This document shows positions 42,432 to 50,008 of a stretch of 64,000 nt of DNA, in pieces. The position numbers were made by a program, and so were the translations under genes. Every line of letters starts with the position of its first letter. The first letter of the stretch is position 1. Where the stretch lies: assembly GCA_963736705.1 (NCBI GenBank), contig CAVTPV010000002.1, positions 14,663-78,662 of the forward strand. Reading direction: 5' to 3'. This stretch comes from an uncultured Actinomycetota bacterium. Lineage in GTDB: Bacteria > Actinomycetota > Thermoleophilia > RBG-16-64-13. Under the pieces are notes generated by a model. The model searched no databases. It saw only the letters and a list, made by a program, of their open reading frames with translations, and was not told the DNA's origin.

Positions 42432-43151
42432 CTATATGTTGTTCCAGTTGGCCGCAGCTGTGACGATGGCAGCCGCCAACACGGCGGCCGCCAACACGAT
42501 CCCGATGATCGAGATCACGAGCATACGGCGTGGCGTCAGCCTCCGTCCGCACTTTGGTCCTTCATCCTTGGGCGCCAGCAGAGGGCGTCGACGGGGAAGG
42601 AGCCAGATGGCGATTAGAAGGAGGACCAATGCCGACACCAGCAGCAAAAGCTCTTTCAAGCCTTGACCGGGGACTACCCACTCGCGGGCCAGCCTGCTTG
42701 CATAGTAGGCGAGGAAGCTCGCACAGAAGGCGACCCACCTCAGCACCGACGAGCTAGCGGCCAGCTTTGACGGCTCGCCGCGGCGGGCCCCAAAGAAGTT
42801 GTCGTATGTGCTGAGTGCAGCCAAGAACCACGACTCATCCAAAGCGGATACCTGGTACTCAGCGGAAGTCTTCTTGACCTCGATCCTGACGGATTTCGTG
42901 GTGTCAAGAGCTTGGTTCCATGAGTCCGCCTTAATCTCGATCGCGGCGACCACGCGGGGCAGCTTCGGGTGAGACAGAAGGGCGTCGAGAGAGGCGGCGA
43001 TGATCTCTTTGCGCTGCCAGCCCCACGCCCTCACGGTGAGATGCGACGCGCCGTCCGGGAAATCGCGGTCCAGCAACCCCTGGAGTTGCAGGAGGTCGGT
43101 CCTTCCGAGGACCACATAAGGCACGGTCATCGACTTGAAGAAGCTCTGCAC
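42432..43151 (-). CDS. Hypothetical membrane protein (soluble N-terminal domain of about 120 aa plus three predicted TM helices)
   Basis: The ORF is intact, with GTG 43151 lying 10 nt after GGAGG. The hydrophobic stretches are VLRWVAFCASFLAYYA, LLLLVSALVLLLIAIWLL and MLVISIIGIVLAAAVLAAAIV. It is visibly less GC-rich than its neighbours. No family recognised. Confidence 0.6.
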   Translation of the reverse strand: MQSFFKSMTVPYVVLGRTDLLQLQGLLDRDFPDGASHLTVRAWGWQRKEIIAASLDALLSHPKLPRVVAAIEIKADSWNQALDTTKSVRIEVKKTSAEYQVSALDESWFLAALSTYDNFFGARRGEPSKLAASSSVLRWVAFCASFLAYYASRLAREWVVPGQGLKELLLLVSALVLLLIAIWLLPRRRPLLAPKDEGPKCGRRLTPRRMLVISIIGIVLAAAVLAAAIVTAAANWNNI

Positions 43152-43357
43152 TGTGGGTCTGCCTCCACCACATCACCACAACACGCACCCTCCAGACCCA
43201 TCACACGATACCAGGGCCGGCGCCGACCACATAAGGGCGGGATAAGAGGGGCGCCCCTCGCCGCCCCTCCGCCGCCCCGTCGGGGTCGCCCAGCGAACGG
43301 CTGGGGTAAACTCTCTGTCTACACGAAAAGACAAGCTCGCTATAAGAGGAGCAGAAC

Positions 43358-44038
43358 ATGTACTACTTCTGGGATTGGACCTGGTTCTTGCTGGTGCCGG
43401 CCATCATCCTCGGCATCTACGCCCAGATCCGGGTGAGTTCCACATACAGCCGGTACGCTCAGATCCCTTCTTCACGCGGGATGACCGGGGCACAGGGCGC
43501 GCGGATGGTGCTTGACTCCGAGGGTCTCATGGACGTCGGCATCCAAGTGGGCGGCGGCCGTCTGTCCGATCACTACGACCCGCGTAACCGCACGCTCACG
43601 CTCAGCCCCGATACGGCCAACAGCACTTCGCTGGCGGCGCTCGGAGTCGCGGCGCACGAGGCCGGCCACGCCATGCAACACGCGGCGCGTTACGTGCCGT
43701 TCCGGCTACGCAGCGCGATCGTGCCCATGGCGAACGTCGGCAGCTACCTGGGGATGATCCTCTTCTTCATCGGCCTCATCTTCTACCGCAACGGCCCGCT
43801 CATGAGCCTCGGCATCGTCCTGTTCTCGGCCGCGGTGATCTTCACACTGGTCACCCTGCCGGTGGAACTCAACGCCTCCCGCCGTGCGGTGCATGCTCTG
43901 GAGGACAGGAACATCCTCGTCGGTGACGAACTAACGGGAGCGAAGAAGGTCTTGAGCGCCGCCGCCCTGACGTATGTGGCGGCTGCCCTCATGGCCATCC
44001 TGCAGCTGCTGAGGCTTATCGCGCTCAGCCGCAGGTAG
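43358..44038 (+). CDS. Putative neutral zinc metallopeptidase (YugP / Zn_peptidase_2 family), membrane-anchored
   Basis: The ORF is intact with GAGGAG before the ATG. Evidence is ...LSDHYDPRNRTLTLS..., the HExxH motif AAHEAGHAMQH and hydrophobic N- and C-terminal segments. Confidence 0.8.
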   Translation: MYYFWDWTWFLLVPAIILGIYAQIRVSSTYSRYAQIPSSRGMTGAQGARMVLDSEGLMDVGIQVGGGRLSDHYDPRNRTLTLSPDTANSTSLAALGVAAHEAGHAMQHAARYVPFRLRSAIVPMANVGSYLGMILFFIGLIFYRNGPLMSLGIVLFSAAVIFTLVTLPVELNASRRAVHALEDRNILVGDELTGAKKVLSAAALTYVAAALMAILQLLRLIALSRR

Positions 44039-44102
44039 GGACTGCCGCGAAGCAACGCTTCGCGGCCGGCCCCGTTAGGAGACAACACACCGAGGAGGGC
44101 CG

Positions 44103-45449
44103 ATGTCGATCCCGCGCCTGCTGCTGGCGCCGTCTCACCGGACGGGCCTGGCGAACGCGGTTGCGGCGGCCATCGCCGAGATCCTCACCGCGCAAGGCCG
44201 CAAGGTCCGCTATCACCACCTCGGGCCGCTCGCGCCGGCCGCGAGCTGGGACCGCTGGGAAGGCACCGCGTTCCTCGACCCCAACCTCTACGACGAGTCC
44301 AACCTGCTGCGGCTCTACGACGTGGCCACCCGATCCGCCGATCTCTCGCTGCTCTCGGCCACCCAGGGCGTGCTCGACCGGCGGCAGGACTGCCGGTGGC
44401 GCCCGGCGGATGTGGCAGTGATGCTCGACTGTCCGATGGCGCTGGTCCTCGACGCTCGTGATTGGGGCGCGGGTATCCGAGCGCTACTCTCCGGCATGAA
44501 GACCCATCTCTCGCAGGTGAACCTGGTCGGCGTGGTGCTGTCGGGCGTCAGCGACCGGGGCCATCAGGAGGTGCTGCACCACGCGATCACCGCCGAGGGC
44601 CTGCCGGTGGTCGGCTGTCTGTATGGCGGCGACGGCCCCGGGTGGGAGACTCCCGCCCCGGGCGCTTGGGGCCTTCCGCTGGACCAGGCACTGCTCGAGG
44701 CCGTTGAGCGGCAGGTGGACATCGGCGCTCTGGTGGACATGGCCGGGCAGCGGGGCTTCCTCTCCTCCCAGAACCTGCTGACCGATCGGGGCAGCGAGGG
44801 CCCACTCGTGATGGTGGCCGGCGGCGTGGGATTCACGCCCTGGAGCCGCGATTCCATCGAGGTGTTGCGCGCCGCCGGCGCGCGCATACGGCGCCTCGAC
44901 CTCCTCGAGGACGATACCCTTCCCGCGGAAGCCGCCGGGTTGGTGCTCGCCGGTACCATCTGGCCATCCAGCCTCATCGACATCGCGATGAACCAGGCTC
45001 TCCTCAAGGACATCCGGACGCGTGTGGCCGCGGGACTACCGACCCTGGCTCTGGGCGGCGGCTTCCTCATCCTGCTGAACCGGGTGCAGGACTCGCTGGG
45101 GCGCACCGTGGAGTTGGCGGGGGTGCTGTCCGGAGAGGGCGAGATCCTCTGGGACTTGGATGACGCCGCCTACGTCGATCTGGTGGCGGTGCGGGAGAAT
45201 CCGCTGCTCGACCGGACCCAACGGGCCAAGGGCTGGGTTCTCACAGACGTCGATGTGCCCGATCCGGCCCCAAGCTGGGAGCCTCCCCTGACCATGACGG
45301 CCTCCGGGGTGCCCGAAGCCCAGCCCGAAGGAGCCGGGACCCGCAACCTGCTGTGCTCGCGGGCCCTCATCCATCTGGCCGGCGCGCCGGGCATAGCCGC
45401 CCGCTTCGTGCAGGAGTGCGCCGTGTACGGGTCGGGCCGCTTCTGGTAG
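44103..45449 (+). CDS. Cobyrinic acid a,c-diamide synthase (CbiA/CobB)-like protein with degenerate ATPase and amidotransferase motifs
   Basis: The ORF is intact at 448 aa with the overall CbiA layout. The expected P-loop position reads LLLAPSHRTGLANAV instead of a GxxGxGKT-type motif. The expected nucleophile position reads PTLALGGGFLIL where CbiA/CobB enzymes have (A/G)ECGG. Confidence 0.6.
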   Translation: MSIPRLLLAPSHRTGLANAVAAAIAEILTAQGRKVRYHHLGPLAPAASWDRWEGTAFLDPNLYDESNLLRLYDVATRSADLSLLSATQGVLDRRQDCRWRPADVAVMLDCPMALVLDARDWGAGIRALLSGMKTHLSQVNLVGVVLSGVSDRGHQEVLHHAITAEGLPVVGCLYGGDGPGWETPAPGAWGLPLDQALLEAVERQVDIGALVDMAGQRGFLSSQNLLTDRGSEGPLVMVAGGVGFTPWSRDSIEVLRAAGARIRRLDLLEDDTLPAEAAGLVLAGTIWPSSLIDIAMNQALLKDIRTRVAAGLPTLALGGGFLILLNRVQDSLGRTVELAGVLSGEGEILWDLDDAAYVDLVAVRENPLLDRTQRAKGWVLTDVDVPDPAPSWEPPLTMTASGVPEAQPEGAGTRNLLCSRALIHLAGAPGIAARFVQECAVYGSGRFW

Positions 45450-45468
45450 CCTACGCATCTCCGCGAAG

Positions 45469-45792
45469 ATGGACGAAGGAGGCTACGTGGCGGACGCAAC
45501 GAACGACCCGGTCATCAAGAACTACCGGGAACAGATCTCCGACAACGATGTCAAGATCCTCGAGGCCCTGAACAAGCGCGTCAAGCTGGTCAAGGCGCTC
45601 AAAGACTACAAAGACGCCCACGGCGTGAGCTTCTACGACCCCGCTCAGGAAGACTGGGTCATCACGTACCTTTGCCGCGCGAACCGGGGCCCGCTCTCCA
45701 ACGAAGGCCTTCGCGAGGTCTACCAACTGGTCCTGCAAGTGGCCAAGCGCGAAGCGGCCGCTCTCAGCGAGAAGGAGCAGGCGGAGAAGTAG
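45469..45792 (+). CDS. Chorismate mutase (AroQ class)
   Basis: The ORF is intact. IKNYREQISDNDVKILEALNKRVKLVKALKDYK...DPAQEDWVITYL...GPLSNEGLREVYQLVLQVAK is typical CM_2 helical text. Confidence 0.8.
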   Translation: MDEGGYVADATNDPVIKNYREQISDNDVKILEALNKRVKLVKALKDYKDAHGVSFYDPAQEDWVITYLCRANRGPLSNEGLREVYQLVLQVAKREAAALSEKEQAEK

Positions 45793-45801
45793 CACCGGAC
45801 C

Positions 45802-45820
45802 GGACGGCGCGGCGCCGTCC
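45802..45820. terminator. Short GC hairpin between convergent genes
   Basis: GGACGGCGC-g-GCGCCGTCC lies between the chorismate mutase stop (45792) and the stop of the minus-strand gene at 45857. There is no U-tract. Confidence 0.35.
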
Positions 45821-45856
45821 GAGGGACCCCGCAGCGAAGGCGGCGCCCCGGCGGCC

Positions 45857-46348
45857 TCAGGCGGAGAAGTCCTCCGGAGTGACCTCTTCCAGGAAGGTCT
45901 TGAACTCCTGGACGATCTCCTCGACGTCCGCGACCTCTTGGTCGAACTCGATGCCGTTGGCGTCGAGCAGGGTCTGTGAAGCGAAGATGGGCGCGTCGGT
46001 GCGCACCGCCAGCGCGATGGCGTCGGACGGGCGCGAGTCTATCCGGATCTCCTGACCGCCGGCGTCCAGGCGGAGCACCGCGTAGAAGGTGTTCTCCCGG
46101 AGTTCCGTGACCAGCACACCCATGACACTCGCCCGTAGCTGATCGATCACTGTGGCGAGCAGATCATGGGTCATGGGGCGGGGAAGTTCCGCGTTCTGCA
46201 GCTTCATCAGGATGGCGGCCGCTTCCGGGTGCCCGATCCAGATGGGCAGGAAAAGGTTTCGCCCCTCCGCTTTCAGAAGGACGATCGGCTGCTTACTGGC
46301 GGCGTCAAAGCTGACACCATACACGGAGACTTCTTCGAAACCCTGCAT
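45857..46348 (-). CDS. Bifunctional nuclease family protein (BFN/DUF151 domain)
   Basis: The ORF is intact. QPIVLLKAEGRNLFLPIWIGHPEAAAILMKLQNAELPRPMTHDLL...TELRENTFYAVLRL...IDSRPSDAIALAVRTDAPIF matches the family signature. Confidence 0.8.
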   Translation of the reverse strand: MQGFEEVSVYGVSFDAASKQPIVLLKAEGRNLFLPIWIGHPEAAAILMKLQNAELPRPMTHDLLATVIDQLRASVMGVLVTELRENTFYAVLRLDAGGQEIRIDSRPSDAIALAVRTDAPIFASQTLLDANGIEFDQEVADVEEIVQEFKTFLEEVTPEDFSA

Positions 46349-46435
46349 CAGGTCCTCGCTCGCTCGTCTCCCCTTAGCTTATACCCCAGCCCCTCCCACG
46401 TCACACGGGGAATGCGGTAAACTACCCCGCTGCGT

Positions 46436-46512
46436 GGGCTTATAGCTCAGTTGGTTAGAGCGCATCCCTGATAAGGATGAGGTCCGTGGTTCGAATCCAC
46501 GTAAGCCCACCA
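46436..46512 (+). tRNA. tRNA-Ile (anticodon GAT), 3' CCA encoded
   Basis: The cloverleaf was folded by hand. The acceptor is GGGCTTA/TAAGCCC, the D stem GCTC/GAGC, the anticodon stem CATCC/GGATG with loop CTGATAA, and the T stem CGTGG/CCACG with TTCGAAT. The discriminator A is followed by CCA. Confidence 0.95.
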
Positions 46513-46535
46513 CGTGTCGCCGGAAGGTCTCCTGT

Positions 46536-46608
46536 GGGGGATTAGCTCAGTTGGGAGAGCGCCGCCTTTGCACGGCGGAGGTCGCCGGTTCGACCCCGGT
46601 ATCCTCCA
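46536..46608 (+). tRNA. tRNA-Ala (anticodon TGC), CCA not fully encoded
   Basis: The acceptor GGGGGAT/ATCCTCC includes the G3:U70 Ala identity pair. The D stem is GCTC/GAGC, the anticodon stem CCGCC/GGCGG with loop TTTGCAC, and the T stem GCCGG/CCGGT. The sequence after discriminator A is CCT. Confidence 0.95.
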
Positions 46609-46646
46609 CCTTCCCGGCTTCCGAGCCCCAGCGTCGAAAGGTGCCG

Positions 46647-47072
46647 ATGATCTTCACGCGCATACTGGTTCCCACCGATGGTACCGAGGCCTCCCTGCGG
46701 GCCCTGGACCACGCGGTGCAGATGGCGGTCCGCTACTCCGCGGAGCTCATCGTCGTGACCGTGGTATCGGTGCCCGACTGGCTTGCCCGGCAGACCATGG
46801 ACTTCGGCGGCATCGAGGCCTACGTGGAGAGCAACGCCCAGAAGAGCTTCGAGCCGGCGGTCGCCATGCTCGAGCAGGCCGGCGCGGGGGCGGAACTGAA
46901 GGTCCTGGTCGGTCCGGCCCCCGAAAGCATCCTCGCCGAGATCGAGAACTCCCACCCCGACCTTGTCGTCATGGGACGACGAGGTCGCGACGAACCCAAA
47001 GACCTCCTGCTCGGCAGCGTGAGCGACCGGGTAGCTCGGCACGTCAAGGTGCCGATACTTCTCGTTCCGTAG
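46647..47072 (+). CDS. Universal stress protein (UspA family)
   Basis: ATG 46647 (the track ORF start at 46551 overlaps tRNA-Ala). MIFTRILVPTDGTEASLRALDHAV...AELIVVTVV...DLVVMGRRGR...LLGSVSDRVARHVKVPILLV is the Usp signature. Confidence 0.85.
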   Translation: MIFTRILVPTDGTEASLRALDHAVQMAVRYSAELIVVTVVSVPDWLARQTMDFGGIEAYVESNAQKSFEPAVAMLEQAGAGAELKVLVGPAPESILAEIENSHPDLVVMGRRGRDEPKDLLLGSVSDRVARHVKVPILLVP

Positions 47073-47154
47073 CGCCCGCCGAGCCCCGGAGCCTTCCCCT
47101 TACAGCGAACGCGTACTCCTTGGGCGTACTCGCGCATTTCAATAAAGCAATTTA

Positions 47155-47193
47155 GCAATATCTATTGCAAAAGTGGTGCAGAACACTTACACT
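47155..47193 (+). promoter_or_regulatory. Candidate promoter (TTGCAA - 17 nt - TACACT) with a 14-bp palindromic operator over the -35
   Basis: The element sits in an AT-rich island. The palindrome GCAATAtcTATTGC is at 47155-47168, -35 TTGCAA at 47165-47170 and -10 TACACT at 47188-47193. The ATG at 47208 lies 14 nt after the -10 and has no SD. Confidence 0.5.
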
Positions 47194-47207
47194 GCAATTG
47201 ATAACGC

Positions 47208-48155
47208 ATGGAACAACAGCGCACAGCCCCCGGTCGTCGTCTCACCGAGCAGCGCAAGGCTCGGGGCCGATTGCCGCTCCTGATCCTGGTAGCCGTCGTC
47301 TTCACTCCCCTGGCCGGGATCCGCTCAGTGCCCGTCTGGGTCTGCTACTCGGTCTTTGCCCTGCTTTATGCCCTGTGGGCTCTGCGCCTGTGCGCCCAGT
47401 TCGCGCACGACCGGAGGCTGGGGTACCTTCTCTGCCTCACCGACCTTGCGATCGTTCTTCCCCTGCTCGTATGGAGCTCCGGCGCCGCCTTGCAGGTGGT
47501 TCTTGTGGCCCTATGCGTCGCGGGACTTGCCGTGACGTACCTGGGCGCGCGGGCCGACCACAAGAGCGAGCGCCGGCCTGTCGCGAAGGGCGGCGCCGAC
47601 AGGATCGAAGCGCGTAGCATCGACTCGGGCACAGGCGCGCCGCTTGAGCGGGCGGTACATCTGCGCCTGGCCGTTTTTCGGGCCACCGGCTCGCGCTTCG
47701 CGCTCGTAGTGCTCAGGGTGGTCCGCTTCCAGGAGACCAGCGCCTACTACGGAGAAGAAAGCTCTCTGCGTATCCTCTCGGCGGTCAGCCGGCGCGGCCT
47801 GCGGATCCTCGGCCCCGATGCTCAGCACTTCGTTCTCCCTGGCGGACGGGTGGCCTTCCTCTTCGAGGTCGACAGCGGCCGGGCTCCCGGGGCGCCCCGC
47901 ACCACGGCCACCGACTGGGCCGACCCGACCGACATCGAAAGCCTGGCGATGGCTCTTGGCCGCAAATCGTGCGAGCACCTCGTGGACGGGCACCGTGTGG
48001 AGTGCGTGGTCGGTTGGGCGTCGGCTCCGTCCGACGGGCTCAACGCCGACGACCTCATGTATGTCGCCGAAGCGGGCGCGCAGAGCACCGCCGCCTTCCG
48101 CCGCGCCGCCGGGCAGGTGGCTGTGCCGGAACGGGCCCGGGTGGCTGCCGGCTAG
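47208..48155 (+). CDS. Membrane protein with a degenerate GGDEF-like C-terminal domain
   Basis: The ORF is intact, with 3-4 N-terminal TM helices. The C-terminal text FALVVLRVVRFQETSAYYGEESSLRILSAVSRRGL...VLPGGRVAFLFE...VGWASAPSDGLNADDLMYVAEAGAQ follows the GGDEF-domain layout, but the GG(D/E)EF position reads GGRVAF. Confidence 0.55.
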   Translation: MEQQRTAPGRRLTEQRKARGRLPLLILVAVVFTPLAGIRSVPVWVCYSVFALLYALWALRLCAQFAHDRRLGYLLCLTDLAIVLPLLVWSSGAALQVVLVALCVAGLAVTYLGARADHKSERRPVAKGGADRIEARSIDSGTGAPLERAVHLRLAVFRATGSRFALVVLRVVRFQETSAYYGEESSLRILSAVSRRGLRILGPDAQHFVLPGGRVAFLFEVDSGRAPGAPRTTATDWADPTDIESLAMALGRKSCEHLVDGHRVECVVGWASAPSDGLNADDLMYVAEAGAQSTAAFRRAAGQVAVPERARVAAG

Positions 48156-48186
48156 ACCCCTCGGACCGTGTGGTACAGTTCCCCGC

Positions 48187-49131
48187 ATGGACCGCGAGAC
48201 CCTCAAGACCAAGACCATCGGCGTGCTCATGGGCGGTTTGTCCGGAGAACGTCCGGTGTCGCTCCGCTCCGGCCGCAACTGCCTGAACGCCCTTCTCAAG
48301 AGCGGTTACCGCGCGGTCGAGATCGATGCCTTGCACGACGTGAGCCGCCGCCTCGAGGACGCGGGAGTGGAGGTCGCCTTCCTCGCACTTCACGGGCGCT
48401 ACGGCGAAGACGGCACCATACAGGGACTGCTCGAGATCATGGGGATCCCTTACACGGGATCCGGCGTGCTCGCCTCCGCCTTGGGGATGAACAAGGTGGC
48501 CGCCAAGAAAGTCGTCGCCGCCAGCGGGCTGCCCACGCCGGGCTATGTGGAAGTGGCTGCCGGGACTGACGCGCGTGACGCGGCGGCCGAGATCGTCGCG
48601 AAGCTCGGTCTTCCGGTGATGCTGAAGCCGGTGCAAGAAGGGTCCAGTCTGGGCGTCTCTAAGTGCAAGACTCCCGAGGACCTCGAAAGCTGTCTTGAGG
48701 CCGGGCTCTCCGAATTCGGGCGGATGTTCGCGGAGCAGTTCGTCTCCGGCACCGAAATAACGGTGGGGGTCATCGACCGGGGCGGCCGGCTGGAAGCGCT
48801 GCCCATCCTCCAGCTCGTCCCCAAGAACGAGTTCTACGACTACGAAGCCAAGTACACGGAAGGCATGACCGAGTTCATTCTTCCGGCTCGGTTGGAGCCG
48901 GCGGTCTATCAGCGGGCGGGCGAAGCGGCCGTCGCGGTGTTCGAGGCCATCGGCTGCCGGGGGTATTCCCGGGTGGACATGATGGTGGATGCCGAGGGCA
49001 CTCCCTGGTTCGTGGAAGTGAACACCCTTCCCGGCATGACCGAGCTCTCCGACCTGCCTGCGCAGGCCAGGGCGGGCGGCATCTCCTACGAGGAGTTGGT
49101 GGAGACCATCCTCCTCACCGCAGCCGTCTGA
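48187..49131 (+). CDS. ddl: D-alanine--D-alanine ligase
   Basis: ATG 48187 starts MDRETLKTKTIGVLMGGLSGERPVSLRSG...FLALHGRYGEDGTIQGLLEIMGIPYTGSGVLASALGMNK...YSRVDMMVD...WFVEVNTLPGMT. The longer track ORF (47818) is upstream read-through. Confidence 0.92.
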   Translation: MDRETLKTKTIGVLMGGLSGERPVSLRSGRNCLNALLKSGYRAVEIDALHDVSRRLEDAGVEVAFLALHGRYGEDGTIQGLLEIMGIPYTGSGVLASALGMNKVAAKKVVAASGLPTPGYVEVAAGTDARDAAAEIVAKLGLPVMLKPVQEGSSLGVSKCKTPEDLESCLEAGLSEFGRMFAEQFVSGTEITVGVIDRGGRLEALPILQLVPKNEFYDYEAKYTEGMTEFILPARLEPAVYQRAGEAAVAVFEAIGCRGYSRVDMMVDAEGTPWFVEVNTLPGMTELSDLPAQARAGGISYEELVETILLTAAV

Positions 49132-49138
49132 CCCAGCC

Positions 49139-50008
49139 ATGAGCGGCGCGGACTCACACGGCGCCGACGGGCAGGGGGCGAGACCGGCCTGGATCGACGC
49201 GCACGTCCACGTGTTCCCGCCCCAGATGATCGCCGAACGGGATTCGTACCTACCCCGGGATGAACGCTTCGCCGCCCTCTACGCGGATCCGCGGGCGCGG
49301 ATGGCGACGGCCGAGGACGTCGTCGCCGAGATGGATCGCAGTGGCGTGGGTCTGTCGGTGATCTTCGGGTTTCCCTTCGATGATCAAGACTTGTGCCGCG
49401 AGGTCAACGACTACGTCTTGGAGGCGGTGACGGCGTGGCCCGGCCGGCTGGCCGGGCTGGCCTGTGTGGCGCCCGGAAAGGCCGGCGCGCCCGCGGAGCT
49501 GGCGCGCTGCCTGGATGCCGGCATGCGAGGTTGCGGCGAGCTGGCTCTCGGCGCCGCCGCCGCGGACATCGAGGAGTTGGCCGAGGTGGCCGGGCTGCTC
49601 CGTGAGCGCGGGCTGCCGCTGATGTTGCATGCCAACGAGCCCGTGGGGCACGGCTACCCGGGGAAGGGCGCGTTCGGGCCCGAGGCCTGCGTGGCCTGCG
49701 CGGCGGCATATCCTGGGCTGAAGCTGGTCTTCGCCCACATGGGCGGCGGCACGTTCCTCTACGAAGCCATGCCCGAACTGCGTCGCACACTCGCCGACGC
49801 CTACTACGACACCTCGGCTCTGCCCTATCTCTATGACGTGGGCATCTATCGGGCCGTCGAGGCCACCGCCGGCGCCCACAAGCTGCTGTTCGGCAGCGAT
49901 TACGCCTTGCTCTCACCGTCCCGCTACCGGGAGGGGCTCGACACCCTCGCGCCGGACGCGCGCGCGGCCGTCTGCGGCGACAACGCACGAAAGGTCTTCT
50001 CCCTATGA
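49139..50008 (+). CDS. Amidohydrolase-2 family metal-dependent hydrolase/decarboxylase-like (TIM barrel)
   Basis: The ORF is intact. Motifs seen are WIDAHVHVFPP, ...LMLHANEP..., ...VFAHMGGG... and ...LLFGSDYALL. Confidence 0.75.
   Translation: MSGADSHGADGQGARPAWIDAHVHVFPPQMIAERDSYLPRDERFAALYADPRARMATAEDVVAEMDRSGVGLSVIFGFPFDDQDLCREVNDYVLEAVTAWPGRLAGLACVAPGKAGAPAELARCLDAGMRGCGELALGAAAADIEELAEVAGLLRERGLPLMLHANEPVGHGYPGKGAFGPEACVACAAAYPGLKLVFAHMGGGTFLYEAMPELRRTLADAYYDTSALPYLYDVGIYRAVEATAGAHKLLFGSDYALLSPSRYREGLDTLAPDARAAVCGDNARKVFSL

Noticed and set aside
46551-46646. N-terminal 32 codons of the 46551..47072 track ORF
   Set aside because: This part overlaps tRNA-Ala on the same strand. The Usp domain begins at ATG 46647.
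47818-48186. Upstream 123 codons of the 47818..49131 track ORF (would make a 437-aa Ddl)
   Set aside because: The region is an off-frame read-through of the GGDEF-like gene. Ddl homology begins at MDRETLKTKTIGVLMGG (ATG 48187), which gives a typical length of about 314 aa.
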